From a virus (Duplodnaviria; Caudoviricetes), in IMG/VR virus record IMGVR_UViG_3300044806_000236, positions 1 to 61,938 of that record: a stretch of 61,938 nt of DNA. One strand, written 5' to 3'. The notes below the pieces were generated by a model that ran no database searches, was not told the origin of the DNA, and saw nothing but the letters and a program-made list of their open reading frames with translations. The position numbers and the translations under genes are program-made. Positions within the stretch are counted from its first letter, which is position 1. The number at the start of each line of letters is the position of its first letter. Of the stretch, positions 28,334 to 37,443 are shown one piece after another.

Positions 28334-28893
28334 TTCGGCTCCCATGCGCGGTAGAGTGGCATTGATTTATTAGCGTTCACCCCATCAAAACTTGGCTTGT
28401 CTCGCCAAACACTTGATCCGTCCCAATACGGATACTCGTAGATATAGCGCACCGGCTCCGCATGGCACAGGATCAGACCATCTATGTCAGCGGTGGCGGC
28501 GAGTGCTTCTTCACAGTCAGACAGGTACTTCCTCTTGAACTTACACATCGAGTTATATGGTTCGTTGAACTTGTCTTCCTGCTCTGAATAGTATTTCCCG
28601 AAGGAGACAAAGCCATCCGGGATGCGCTTTGGAACCAAGCTCCGTAGCAGCGTCACCTGCTCGCGTAGTTGGTCGTTATCAGACTGTAACTGAAGCCAAT
28701 ACGCAAGACGTTGTTCACCCATCGTGGTTCCTTCGCGTATTTCGCACGCCAGTCGCAATGACTCCTTCAGCTCAGCAACCTCCGCATCGCGGCTTGCGAG
28801 TTGCTGTCGCAGGGATTCATTTACCCGAACCGCAGATGCAAGCGAACGCTCAAGTTCCCATACCCGTGGCAGAAGTGAATTTTCATATGTCAT
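28330..28893 (-). CDS. Mosaic accessory protein (ESLRQQL / ALAATAD boxes)
   Basis: Shares 26-bp and 55-bp boxes with 30721..31353. Confidence 0.7.
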   Translation of the reverse strand: MTYENSLLPRVWELERSLASAVRVNESLRQQLASRDAEVAELKESLRLACEIREGTTMGEQRLAYWLQLQSDNDQLREQVTLLRSLVPKRIPDGFVSFGKYYSEQEDKFNEPYNSMCKFKRKYLSDCEEALAATADIDGLILCHAEPVRYIYEYPYWDGSSVWRDKPSFDGVNANKSMPLYRAWEPK

Positions 28894-29696
28894 TTCGTAC
28901 CCCTTGTGCGGATAGCTCCTGAAAACCACTCAATAACGTCGCGTACTTCTTGTGATGTTTCTAGTGGATTAAAATTGAAAATCTCCAATGCCTCTTTCTT
29001 AAGGCTGAAGCACGCTTCCAGTTCAGCTACACGACCAGCCTCGAAGGCGATGGCGTAGAAGCGTTCAATTTCTGGATACCAAAATAGTGCTGCGTGTGGG
29101 TCGTCGTGTGATCCTATATACATGCTTGCCTCTTTAGCTGCATCGATGATCTGTTCGCGTGTGGTCATTTCGACTCCTTTGATTGCGCGGATTTCGTTTG
29201 CCAAGTCTCTGCCGCACATTCCGCATGACTGAATACTCTGAGCGCATTGCTCCCGCACCTTTTCAGCGAAGGCTTGCAGTGCGCTGTCGTCTGGCTGGAT
29301 GGCGAGTGCTTCTTCTGCATAAGTTATCGACCTGCAAAGATCTTCATCTTTGCCAGCTACTCCACCAGTTGTCTGTGCATTAAAAGACAACTTTCTAAGA
29401 GCCTCGTCCTTCACCTTGATAGCGGCCAGTGCTGCGTCGAGTTCATGTTCCATCGCGTCTAGCTGTTTCCATGCGTCGAACTTTGCCTCAACATTGCCGT
29501 TTGCTACATTTTTGGCTACTTCAAGATCATCGAGTGCTGCGGCGAGTTGCTTCTCAAATTCAAAACAGCGGTGGAAAGCCATTGCCACTTCATTCGAGAT
29601 TGCGGGTGCGATAACGCCTGTTTCAACCCCACGCCCTGACAGAAAAAAGTTGCTCTTTTCCTCGTCAGTCTTACAGTCACAAAATAGCTTGCTCAT
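28890..29696 (-). CDS. Mosaic accessory protein fused to an MTTREQII module
   Basis: Internal AAGGAG-N6-ATG; C-terminus paralogous to 41220..41432. Confidence 0.65.
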   Translation of the reverse strand: MSKLFCDCKTDEEKSNFFLSGRGVETGVIAPAISNEVAMAFHRCFEFEKQLAAALDDLEVAKNVANGNVEAKFDAWKQLDAMEHELDAALAAIKVKDEALRKLSFNAQTTGGVAGKDEDLCRSITYAEEALAIQPDDSALQAFAEKVREQCAQSIQSCGMCGRDLANEIRAIKGVEMTTREQIIDAAKEASMYIGSHDDPHAALFWYPEIERFYAIAFEAGRVAELEACFSLKKEALEIFNFNPLETSQEVRDVIEWFSGAIRTRGTK

Positions 29697-29920
29697 TTCT
29701 GCTCCTTTTTCAACTCCAAGGAAAAGTTCCTCCACGCCGGACGTTGGTGTTTCTCGTACTCGGCAATCTGCTCGTTGGTCATTTCTTCGGGGCAGTATTC
29801 CAGCATCAGTTCGTCAATCTTTGCTTGCGCGGCTGACAGTTGCTGGCGCAGGGATTCGTACTTTTCATTCAATGTATGGTTTTCACGTTCTAATGCGTAG
29901 CAGTAATCTTCATGTGGCAT
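29693..29920 (-). CDS. Mosaic accessory protein
   Basis: ESLRQQLSAAQAKIDELMLEYCPEEM. Confidence 0.7.
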   Translation of the reverse strand: MPHEDYCYALERENHTLNEKYESLRQQLSAAQAKIDELMLEYCPEEMTNEQIAEYEKHQRPAWRNFSLELKKEQK

Positions 29921-29925
29921 TTTGG

Positions 29926-30228
29926 CTACTCCGGGTAGTTATTAAAATCGCGCTTAGGAAGTCCGTGTTGTTCTCCGCAAGCAACGCCAAGGGCAAGCAC
30001 TTTACGCAAACAATGAAGCGCTTCCTTGTCGGTATCTGTTTTTGCCCAAGCAGCTTCGGCTTCATTGAGATGAACACGCATCAGTGTGAGATAGCCACCA
30101 ACACTTTGATGGTGTTCTTCAATAGTTCCCCACTTTTGCTCTTGGTGGTAACGCTCTGTACCAATAGCGTCATACACATTAGCGCGAAGCTCAGGAAGTT
30201 TTTCTTTGTTTGAGTCTTGAGTATCCAT
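29926..30228 (-). CDS. Hypothetical helical protein (possibly MazG-like fold)
   Basis: VYDAIGTERYHQEQKWG...LRKVLALGVACGEQHG. Confidence 0.55.
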   Translation of the reverse strand: MDTQDSNKEKLPELRANVYDAIGTERYHQEQKWGTIEEHHQSVGGYLTLMRVHLNEAEAAWAKTDTDKEALHCLRKVLALGVACGEQHGLPKRDFNNYPE

Positions 30229-30265
30229 CTCGCTCACCTTATTAAGTACAGTTAAAATAGCCTTT

Positions 30266-30724
30266 TCAACCTTGCGTAGCTGATACTGCTTGTTCAAGTT
30301 CTGATTGCGCGTCGTCTGCATATCCAGATGGAACGTCTAGACTTCTTCCGCGTCGATGCGACAATGCAACGTGTGCAGATAAAATATGTTCGCGCATCAT
30401 ATTCACATCATTGCGGAGTTCAGCAACCTCCGCATCACGGCTTGCTGCGCCATTCTCAAACGATATGCTGCTAGCCAATTTACTAAGCTCTAATAGGTTT
30501 TTTGCCTGTTCTTCAAGTTCGTTATCGCGGCTTGCAAGTGCGTCGGTCAGTTCGTCAATCCTGGCTTGCGCGGCTGACAGTTGCTGGCGCATGGATTCGA
30601 TCTCCGTATCGCGGCTTGCTGCGCTGGCGTCCCATGCCGCATGACATGACTTCTCCCAACCTTTATAGGTATCCGGAGTTGCTCCGCATCCTTCTGGACG
30701 ATCCCACCATTCTTCAAATGTCAT
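30266..30724 (-). CDS. Mosaic accessory protein
   Basis: MTFEEWW; three ASRD boxes. Confidence 0.65.
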   Translation of the reverse strand: MTFEEWWDRPEGCGATPDTYKGWEKSCHAAWDASAASRDTEIESMRQQLSAAQARIDELTDALASRDNELEEQAKNLLELSKLASSISFENGAASRDAEVAELRNDVNMMREHILSAHVALSHRRGRSLDVPSGYADDAQSELEQAVSATQG

Positions 30725-31353
30725 TTCGTTGGCTCCCATGCGCGGTAGAGTGGCATACAGCACTTTCCTTCTGGGCAATGCCCTAACCCCTCCGCACCGT
30801 GGTCTATTGCGTACTGACAGCGACCGTCGTCACGACAAGGCTCCGCATGGCACAGGATCAGACCATCTAGGTCAGCGGTGGCGGCGAGTGCTTTCTGTAC
30901 AGATTCTTGATACGCTGCATTGCATCCGTTTTTGGATAGAAGTAACAGTTCTCGCATCGTCGCTATCTGCGCGGCTTGCTTCTTGATGGTCTGATGTTGG
31001 AATTCGTTGGCCTGTCTTGCCAGCTTCAACTCCTCATTGAGGCCACTTGGCTCGCACGCCAATAGGCCGCCTGGGTCTTCTACCAAGTGACGCTCGATCC
31101 AGTCTTTCGGTTGTTCATAGGTTGTCATAGCTTTATCCTTGAGTGCAGCGTCGTCGGGCTGAATGGCGAGTGCTGCGGCGAGTTGCTGGCGCAATTCTGT
31201 AATTACCTCTTGTGCTGAGTTTCCCTGTCTTTCAAAAGCCCTCATCAACTCCTGTCTTTTGGACTCTTTCTCAGCGAGTTGCTGGCGTAGGGATTCAATC
31301 TCACGCATAGCGCGGTCGTTATCCCACAATGTTTTGATTGGAGCATCGCTCAT
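30721..31353 (-). CDS. Mosaic accessory protein
   Basis: Start MSDAPIK with GAGGG RBS; several shared boxes. Confidence 0.65.
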   Translation of the reverse strand: MSDAPIKTLWDNDRAMREIESLRQQLAEKESKRQELMRAFERQGNSAQEVITELRQQLAAALAIQPDDAALKDKAMTTYEQPKDWIERHLVEDPGGLLACEPSGLNEELKLARQANEFQHQTIKKQAAQIATMRELLLLSKNGCNAAYQESVQKALAATADLDGLILCHAEPCRDDGRCQYAIDHGAEGLGHCPEGKCCMPLYRAWEPTK

Positions 31354-31363
31354 AATTTCCCTC

Positions 31364-31444
31364 TTATGCGTATTGAAAAAGTCTCGGACATACAAACAGT
31401 CCGAATAGGATTGAGATTGCTAACCATAGTGCTAGGATGGTCAT
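31364..31444 (-). CDS. 26-aa hydrophobic peptide
   Basis: MTILALWLAISILFGLFVCPRLFQYA; ATGA coupling. Confidence 0.4.
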   Translation of the reverse strand: MTILALWLAISILFGLFVCPRLFQYA

Positions 31445-31527
31445 TTCCAGCGCCTGGCTAGACGAATGAACAGCCATACATAGAAACATGCCAGTAGGCC
31501 GATTCCGATTGATTTAAGAACGATCAT
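31441..31527 (-). CDS. 28-aa hydrophobic peptide
   Basis: MIVLKSIGIGLLACFYVWLFIRLARRWK. Confidence 0.4.
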   Translation of the reverse strand: MIVLKSIGIGLLACFYVWLFIRLARRWK

Positions 31528-31572
31528 GGCGTTTTGTGGCGAAGAGCGCTTTATCAATTGCGGAACCGAAGC

Positions 31573-31872
31573 TCAAATGAACAAATCAAGTTGCTTCGCC
31601 GGAAGCGCCACCGGTCGAGCCGCTATTCCAGAGATACGATCCTTGCGCTTCTGGCGCTCAACGACTTCGCAGGTTTCGTACAGGAGCTCATTCACCCGGG
31701 CAGATACCGTCGACTTCTCCATGTGTAAGGCATGCGCAAGCTCTCCAATTGACCAGTCACCACCCATCAATGCGATGTATCCAAGGATCTTCTCGCGCTG
31801 GCCACGGGCGATTCCGCGGCCGACATGGGCATGAAATGCATCACATGCGGTAGGCGCCTGGGCGATTCTCAT
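31573..31872 (-). CDS. Winged-HTH protein
   Basis: SIGELAHALHMEKSTVSARVNEL. Confidence 0.7.
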   Translation of the reverse strand: MRIAQAPTACDAFHAHVGRGIARGQREKILGYIALMGGDWSIGELAHALHMEKSTVSARVNELLYETCEVVERQKRKDRISGIAARPVALPAKQLDLFI

Positions 31873-32387
31873 TCGTCAAACCCAGAAAGAATCGAATCCA
31901 TCATTTCATGCGATTTCTCGCCCAGGTGCTTCCACAGGTACGGCGCCGCGTACTGCCCGCGCAGGAAGTTCATAACCGCAGCGTGATACTTCTCGAATTC
32001 CGCCTGGTCGGCCTTGGCGTAGCTCACCGAGCGCGGCAGCGGAACAATCCCACCCTTCGGGCCCGGAACCCATACCACCCAGGCGGCGCCGATCTTCAGC
32101 CAGTCACGGAACATATCGAAGTTATCGAAGCGGTCTTGTGCATCAAAAACCGACGCCTCGATCTTCATGTGCCGGCGATGGTATGGGGAGGATCGCGGGA
32201 AAAGCATTTCGGCGCGGACCCACTCGCCCGGCTCCATCGTCGTGATGCGCTTCCAGAATTTGCGCCAGCCGCGCTTGTCATCCTGGTTCAGCCCATCAAG
32301 GCAGCGGAACAGGAAGGTACGCACTGACTCAAGGGCGCGCTCGTCCGGTAGTGCAATGTCGGTACGCACGATGTCGATCTTGCTCAT
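31869..32387 (-). CDS. DUF1367-like (nin-region) protein
   Basis: PRSSPYHRR, FRDWLKIGA and PRSVSYAKADQAEF. Confidence 0.75.
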   Translation of the reverse strand: MSKIDIVRTDIALPDERALESVRTFLFRCLDGLNQDDKRGWRKFWKRITTMEPGEWVRAEMLFPRSSPYHRRHMKIEASVFDAQDRFDNFDMFRDWLKIGAAWVVWVPGPKGGIVPLPRSVSYAKADQAEFEKYHAAVMNFLRGQYAAPYLWKHLGEKSHEMMDSILSGFDE

Positions 32388-32653
32388 TTCTTCACCCTAT
32401 TCCATGGACCGACTAGAGTTTCGCTCAACTTTATGCCGCCCGTCAACTTTTCTCCGAATTTATATTCGCCTTCTTTGGCGTATGTCACCTTGGCGCCGGG
32501 GAATTCTTCACGCGTCTTATCTACCCATGCGGAAACCTGCGGCATCCTGGCGCGGTTCTCGGCTGCTTGCTGCTGCTTGATCTTGACGCGCTCGGCTTCG
32601 CGGTCAGAAGATTGCCGGCGTAGTGACTCGACCTTGGAAAACAGATCGCTCAT
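32384..32653 (-). CDS. Hypothetical protein
   Basis: ATGA coupling. Confidence 0.65.
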   Translation of the reverse strand: MSDLFSKVESLRRQSSDREAERVKIKQQQAAENRARMPQVSAWVDKTREEFPGAKVTYAKEGEYKFGEKLTGGIKLSETLVGPWNRVKK

Positions 32654-33213
32654 ACGAACGCTCCGTCTCGGTAGGTTTTTAGAAGGTGACCATCGGCCGT
32701 GCAGATACCGTCAGATACCATCTGCTCGATGCAAGCCTTGAACCGGTGGTCACGATCGGCCGCATCGAAGATGAAAGCCAGGTGCGCAGCAGTACGCGGA
32801 TGAGTAGCCCAGTGCGTGTCGATTCCATCATGGATCTTTCCGGCGCCGATCGAATCACCGAGGCGCTTCGCCATGACTCGTTGATGCTCGACTTCTTCTG
32901 GTGTCTGCTTATGGGTAAGAGCTGGAGTATTCGGCCCGATACGCTTTGCGACGTCGCGGCAAAGATCAGCGAATTGCGGTGCGTTTGGCGGGAAGTCGCG
33001 AGGCAAGTTCTTCAGGGCGCCAGCGATTGCGTCAAGGTTATCAGCAAATCCAGCAAGCTCTTCGGCCCACGCTTCTTTGGCGCCAAGTATTCCGACATCG
33101 ACGTCGTTTTCGACGCGGCTGAACTTGGCCGTGAATTGGTTTCCATACGCTCCGAGAAGTCTGTCAAAAATTCTGGCTACAACACGGTCGTTAAGTCGTG
33201 GTGTGGTGGTCAT
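32650..33213 (-). CDS. Lambda P-like replication accessory protein
   Basis: IFDRLLGAYG...WAEEL...FPPNAPQFADLC; follows the initiator gene. Confidence 0.6.
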   Translation of the reverse strand: MTTTPRLNDRVVARIFDRLLGAYGNQFTAKFSRVENDVDVGILGAKEAWAEELAGFADNLDAIAGALKNLPRDFPPNAPQFADLCRDVAKRIGPNTPALTHKQTPEEVEHQRVMAKRLGDSIGAGKIHDGIDTHWATHPRTAAHLAFIFDAADRDHRFKACIEQMVSDGICTADGHLLKTYRDGAFV

Positions 33214-33953
33214 ACGATTTCCCCTTGGATCAGTTTTTCTGTGTTCTGCATCGGCGTCCCATAAATTGCCCTCATGGTCGCCTCGCTGTTGCGTTGCTTC
33301 TCGCTCTTGAAGCCATTTACCTGCTGCGTCACAGCCTTCTCATTCCGCACCCATGTTCGCCAGGTTGCAGACCAATCGACTTTCCTTGCAGCAGCCCCAC
33401 CCTTGGCACTCCAGTAGTCTCTGAAGTTCTCGACAACCCTGCCGACTTGCAGGTCTGGCCTTTCGGTTTGGCAGTAGGAAACTTCTGCTTCGCTAGGGCT
33501 CCAGTCAGCAGGCAAACGCGTAGCGGTTGCACCTACGCTTTTGACTTTAGGTTTACTAATGGGTATTGGGTTATGGGTAGCATCGTTTTTTGGTTCGTTC
33601 GCATTGCGGTCGGAATGCGTTCGCAATGCGTTCGCATTGTTTTTCTTCTTGCCCCAACGCGCGTTTGCGCTTTCCCTGGCCCTGGCTGATTTTCCGTAGA
33701 ACTCGGCTATCACTGCATCGCAGCGTGATTGATGCCACTTTCCGTCATGCAGGAAAAAGAAATGCTTCAGGATCTGCTCAACGTCTGCGGAATTCGACCC
33801 GATCTTGAATGCGATCGCATTGCAATCGGTATCCAATGGCTGTTCGGTCGCATAGTATTCCCAGATCAGGCGAAGGTAGGCCATACCCTGAGAATCTGTA
33901 AGCCTGGCTGTATCCTTGATGAAGTCGCCGATGTGGTGCGGGTAAAACTTCAT
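33210..33953 (-). CDS. Replication initiator (DUF1376/YdaU N-terminus)
   Basis: MKFYPHHIGDF..DT..L...AYLRLIW.YY; C-terminus FRDYW...DWSATWRTW; start revised to 33953 (AAGGA RBS). Confidence 0.85.
   Translation of the reverse strand: MKFYPHHIGDFIKDTARLTDSQGMAYLRLIWEYYATEQPLDTDCNAIAFKIGSNSADVEQILKHFFFLHDGKWHQSRCDAVIAEFYGKSARARESANARWGKKKNNANALRTHSDRNANEPKNDATHNPIPISKPKVKSVGATATRLPADWSPSEAEVSYCQTERPDLQVGRVVENFRDYWSAKGGAAARKVDWSATWRTWVRNEKAVTQQVNGFKSEKQRNSEATMRAIYGTPMQNTEKLIQGEIV
33597..33821. repeat. Iteron-like repeats, putative replication origin
   Basis: AATGCGTTCGC twice in tandem (33614-33635), GTTCGCATTG (33597) and palindrome AATGCGATCGCATT (33808-33821), inside the initiator gene. Confidence 0.55.
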
Positions 33954-33959
33954 TGACAA

Positions 33960-34086
33960 AGTTCCTTTGGTGGTCGCCCCATCCGGTGAGTGTTCCGGTA
34001 GGCGGCGACTATTGCTAGTCTGTACGGGCAGACGAGGCGACCAACGAAGGAACCTGTCCGCACTACTATGCGTCCTCACAACGCCT
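33960..34086 (-). ncRNA. Structured 5' leader of the initiator gene (c4-like architecture)
   Basis: Long stem GTTCCTT..TGGTCGCCTC/GGGGCGACCA..AAGGAAC, hairpins GCG-TTGTGAGGA-CGC and CCGG-AACACTCA-CCGG; TAGAAT at 34091-34096. Confidence 0.6.
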
Positions 34087-34208
34087 GATAATTCTAACAT
34101 CATTATGGTGAATCGGTACGCATCCTACGACAAACGGAGACTCAAGATCAACACAATTTTGTAATTTTTCATGGCCAGAAAAAAGATAGAAATTTTTCCT
34201 GAAAACTG

Positions 34209-34237
34209 TTGATTTAATCTCTTTTATCAAATAGTAT
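34209..34237 (+). promoter_or_regulatory. Sigma70-like promoter of the recombination arm
   Basis: TTGATT-17 bp-TAGTAT in an AT-rich divergent intergenic region. Confidence 0.55.
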
Positions 34238-34282
34238 CGGCATATCGGATGCGCACAGCATCTGCGTGATGGAGGGAAAACA

Positions 34283-34408
34283 ATGAACAACTACCGTGCC
34301 TACGAACTGCTTCAGATGAAGGCCAGGATTATTCGTATCGCTGTTGGAGTTGCTGGTGGGTTCTCCCTTCTTGTTCTGATTCTTGGACTCTTAGGAAAAC
34401 TGAAATGA
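34283..34408 (+). CDS. 41-aa membrane peptide
   Basis: GGAGG RBS; one TM; ATGA coupling to the next gene. Confidence 0.6.
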   Translation: MNNYRAYELLQMKARIIRIAVGVAGGFSLLVLILGLLGKLK

Positions 34409-34587
34409 CCATCGATCACTCCGACCCAAGCTTCAGGTATCCAGAACTCTGCAAGACATGTGGCGAGCACTACGCCTACAAGCGGGGCCAGTGCTACGAG
34501 TGCTACGAAGCAGACGAATGCGAACACGCCGACCAGCAGCGCAAAGAGCGGCTGATTGAAAAACACTTTGGAAAGGAAGAAGAATGA
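34405..34587 (+). CDS. Small zinc-finger protein
   Basis: CKTC...CYEC. Confidence 0.65.
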   Translation: MTIDHSDPSFRYPELCKTCGEHYAYKRGQCYECYEADECEHADQQRKERLIEKHFGKEEE

Positions 34588-35501
34588 GCAATCTCGCAGT
34601 ATCAAAGCAACAGGCCAGCGTTCCGGCGCTTGCCATCAACGAGGAAGAGTTGATTTCCGTTCTACAAAGCTCGGTCTATCCGGGCGCCAAGCTCGAAAGT
34701 ATCAAGCTGGTGATCGGCGCCTGCCGTGCGTCTGGAAAAGACCCGCTGAAGAAGCCGTACCACATCGTCCCGATGCAGGTTTCGACCGGCAAGAAGAGCG
34801 ACAAGGGTTGGGACATCAAGGAATGGCGCGATGTCATCATGCCGGGCATCAACGACTACCGCACCGATGCGTCCCGTACCGGGCAGCACGCCGGAACGTC
34901 TGAGCCTGAGTTCGGCCCGGACAAAAACGAAGTGCTTAATGGCGTCAGCGTCACCTATCCAGAGTGGTGCCGCGTCACGGTAAAACGCCTGATTCCAAGC
35001 GGCCAGATCGTTGAATTCTCCGCGGTCGAGCGCTGGAAGGAAAACTACGCTACCGCTGGCCGAGACAAAGACGAGCCGAACGCGATGTGGAAGCGCCGGC
35101 CCTATGCGCAGCTTGCCAAGTGCGCCGAGGCCCAAGCGCTCCGCAAGGGCTTCCCTGAAGTCGGAAGCCAGCCGACCGCCGACGAAATGGAGGGCAAGGA
35201 AATCGACATGGGCGCGGCTGAAGTCGTCAGCCACACGCCGGCTAGGACAGATCCTCCGACGTTGCCGCCCTACCCGCCAGAGCAGATGGAGGTTGATCTT
35301 CCAGCAATGGCTGGCGCCATCAAGTCAGGAAAGCGCAGCGCGGATTTCCTGGTGTCTGCACTGTCATCGAAATACACGCTGACTGAAGAGCAGAAGGAAG
35401 CGATCAAGCAGCTTGGAAAGCCGGCCAATGTCGATGCGGATGGAGTTATCGACGGCGAGTTTGTTTCTGCGATGGATTCTGCTGAGAAGGAGCCGTTTTA
35501 A
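34584..35501 (+). CDS. bet: Single-strand annealing recombinase (Bet/RecT family)
   Basis: DPLKKPYHIVP, GINDYR..A.RTG and MWKRRPYAQLAKCAEAQALRKGFPE. Confidence 0.9.
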   Translation: MSNLAVSKQQASVPALAINEEELISVLQSSVYPGAKLESIKLVIGACRASGKDPLKKPYHIVPMQVSTGKKSDKGWDIKEWRDVIMPGINDYRTDASRTGQHAGTSEPEFGPDKNEVLNGVSVTYPEWCRVTVKRLIPSGQIVEFSAVERWKENYATAGRDKDEPNAMWKRRPYAQLAKCAEAQALRKGFPEVGSQPTADEMEGKEIDMGAAEVVSHTPARTDPPTLPPYPPEQMEVDLPAMAGAIKSGKRSADFLVSALSSKYTLTEEQKEAIKQLGKPANVDADGVIDGEFVSAMDSAEKEPF

Positions 35502-37183
35502 TGAACCGCATAACCCATGATTGCCAGCAAGGCAGCCAGTCCTGGCTCGACCTACGCGCCAAGTATTTCACCGCATCGGAACTTGCAGCGGCAGCCGGCG
35601 AAAGCAAGTACCAGACGCGCAGCGCCTTGCTGAAAGCGAAGGCCACCGGCATTGCAGAAGAAGTTGATGATGCCAAGCAACGCCTGTTCGACGCCGGCCA
35701 CGCATCCGAGGCAGCAGCACGCCCGATTGTCGAACGGATGGTCGACGCCGAGCTTTACCCGGTGACAATGAGCGTTGAAATCGACGGCTTGCCGCTGCTT
35801 GCCAGCCTTGACGGCATCGACATGCTCGGCGACGTGATTTGGGAAAACAAGTTGCGCTCCGAGTCACTTGTCGAGCAAGTCAATGCAGGCCGTCTTGAAC
35901 CGCACTACACATTCCAGATAGAGCAGCAGCTACTCGTTTCTGGAGCCAGCCGGTGCTACTTCACGACCAGCGACGGAACGCCCGAAGGCACGTTCGGCCT
36001 GTGGTACGAATCGAATCCAGAGATTCGCGCAAAGGTTGTTTCAGTCTGGAAGCAGTTTTCCAAAGACCTTGCAGAATACCAGCACGTCGAAGCCAAGCCG
36101 GCCGTAGTAGCCGATGCCATCGAAGACTTGCCAGCGCTGTCTGTGCAGCTCGTCGGCCAGGTCACGGCATCTAACCTTGACTCGTTCAAGACTGCCGTAA
36201 CCGCCCGCATTCAGGCAATTAATACCGTGCTGGTCACGGATGCCGACTTTGCCAATGCCGACAAGATGGTGAAGTTCCTGGACGACGGCGAGAAGCGGCT
36301 GGATATGGTCAAGGCGCAAGCCCTGGCGCAGACGGAAAGCATTGACCAACTGTTCCGCACAATCGACGCACTGAAGGCCGAAATGCGCAGCAAGCGCCTG
36401 ACGCTGGACAAGTTAGTAAAAGCTGAGAAGGAAAACAGGAAGAACGAGATTGTCCGCGAGGCACAACTTGCATTCAACGAACACTATGGCGCGCTGACTG
36501 ATCGTGTTGGCATCGCGTTCAGTATGGTGAATGTAGGGTTCGCTGATTCAATCAAAGGATTGAAGTCGCTCGACTCCATGCGCGACAAGATCAGCGTCGC
36601 CCTGGCGAACGCCAAGATCGAGGCCAATGCAGTTGCGGACCGTATCGACGCGAACCGTAAGGCGATGGGCGAGCACGCCAGCCTGTTGCCTGACTTCATC
36701 CAAGTCTGCACCAAGGCGCCGGATGACTTCGCCGCCCTGGTCGCCATGCGCGTAGCGCAGCAGAAGGAGCGCGACGAGAAACGCCTTGAGGCAGAGCGCG
36801 AGAAGATCCGCGCTGAGGAGCAGGCGAAGGCACAGCGCGAAGCCGATGCCCTGTTGGCAGCAGAGCGCGCCGAAGCAAACCGTATCGCCGCCGAGGAACT
36901 TCGCAAGATTGACTTGGAGCGCAAGGAGAAGGAGGCGCAAACAAGGTCACAACCGGCGTCGACCGCAGCATTCGAGCCACAGCCCGGCGCCACGCTGAAG
37001 CTAGGCGAAATCAACGCCATGATCTTCCCGGTAACTATCAGTTATTCAGGACTTGAATCGCTCGGCATTCTCCCGGTAGCGCATGAGAAAAACGCCAAGC
37101 TGTACGACGCCAACAAATTCCCAACAATTTGCCGGCTGATTTCCGAGCATGTCATGGCGCAAGCGTTCAAGAAGGCGGCGTGA
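35501..37183 (+). CDS. YqaJ/lambda-exonuclease with long coiled-coil C-terminus
   Basis: QGSQSWL..R..FTASE, LASLDG, WENK and QIEQQL; partner of Bet. Confidence 0.88.
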   Translation: MNRITHDCQQGSQSWLDLRAKYFTASELAAAAGESKYQTRSALLKAKATGIAEEVDDAKQRLFDAGHASEAAARPIVERMVDAELYPVTMSVEIDGLPLLASLDGIDMLGDVIWENKLRSESLVEQVNAGRLEPHYTFQIEQQLLVSGASRCYFTTSDGTPEGTFGLWYESNPEIRAKVVSVWKQFSKDLAEYQHVEAKPAVVADAIEDLPALSVQLVGQVTASNLDSFKTAVTARIQAINTVLVTDADFANADKMVKFLDDGEKRLDMVKAQALAQTESIDQLFRTIDALKAEMRSKRLTLDKLVKAEKENRKNEIVREAQLAFNEHYGALTDRVGIAFSMVNVGFADSIKGLKSLDSMRDKISVALANAKIEANAVADRIDANRKAMGEHASLLPDFIQVCTKAPDDFAALVAMRVAQQKERDEKRLEAEREKIRAEEQAKAQREADALLAAERAEANRIAAEELRKIDLERKEKEAQTRSQPASTAAFEPQPGATLKLGEINAMIFPVTISYSGLESLGILPVAHEKNAKLYDANKFPTICRLISEHVMAQAFKKAA

Positions 37184-37185
37184 AC

Positions 37186-37302
37186 ATGACCACGAAACAA
37201 ATAATCGAGCGCCTGCGCGTAATGGTGTGCGATTGCGAGAACCAGGACGACATCGACACCATTTGGGCCGCAATCAAGCTGCTTGAAGGAATGGCAGCGT
37301 AA
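37186..37302 (+). CDS. Small hypothetical protein
   Basis: MTTKQIIERLRVMV...GMAA. Confidence 0.45.
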   Translation: MTTKQIIERLRVMVCDCENQDDIDTIWAAIKLLEGMAA

Positions 37303-37309
37303 CGACCAA

Positions 37310-37418
37310 TGGGGTGAATGCGTAGGCTGATACGCAGTGAGTCGCAACAGTGGTTTAGATAAGCAAGTCGCGGCATAGAGGCACCACAAGCCGGAGATCA
37401 GCACCGGCCGCCCCACCA
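37310..37418 (+). ncRNA. tRNA-like ncRNA ending in ACCA
   Basis: GGGGTG/CGCCCC closing stem plus ACCA; TGCGTA-GGCTGA-TACGCA and GCCGG-AGATCAGCA-CCGGC arms. Confidence 0.65.
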
Positions 37419-37443
37419 CTTTTCAACCAAGAAGGAGATTCAA

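Noticed and set aside
29350-30213. 287-aa plus-strand ORF
   Set aside because: It is antisense to coupled minus-strand genes and has the Ser-rich composition of a shadow frame.
28330-31353. Diversity-generating retroelement (TR/VR pairs)
   Set aside because: No reverse transcriptase is visible, and the repeats are short and nearly identical without adenine-specific mismatches.
28330-31400. Additional attC-like sites in the left accessory arm
   Set aside because: I found no paired RYYYAAC/GTTRRRY boxes with a hairpin by eye; a covariance scan could still find degenerate ones.
33954-34103. 50-aa N-terminal extension of the initiator in the ORF track
   Set aside because: The family motif starts at MKFYP, which has its own RBS; the upstream region is better explained as structured RNA.
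37310-37418. Canonical tRNA gene
   Set aside because: No TTC T-loop and no standard anticodon stem-loop; reported as tRNA-like instead.
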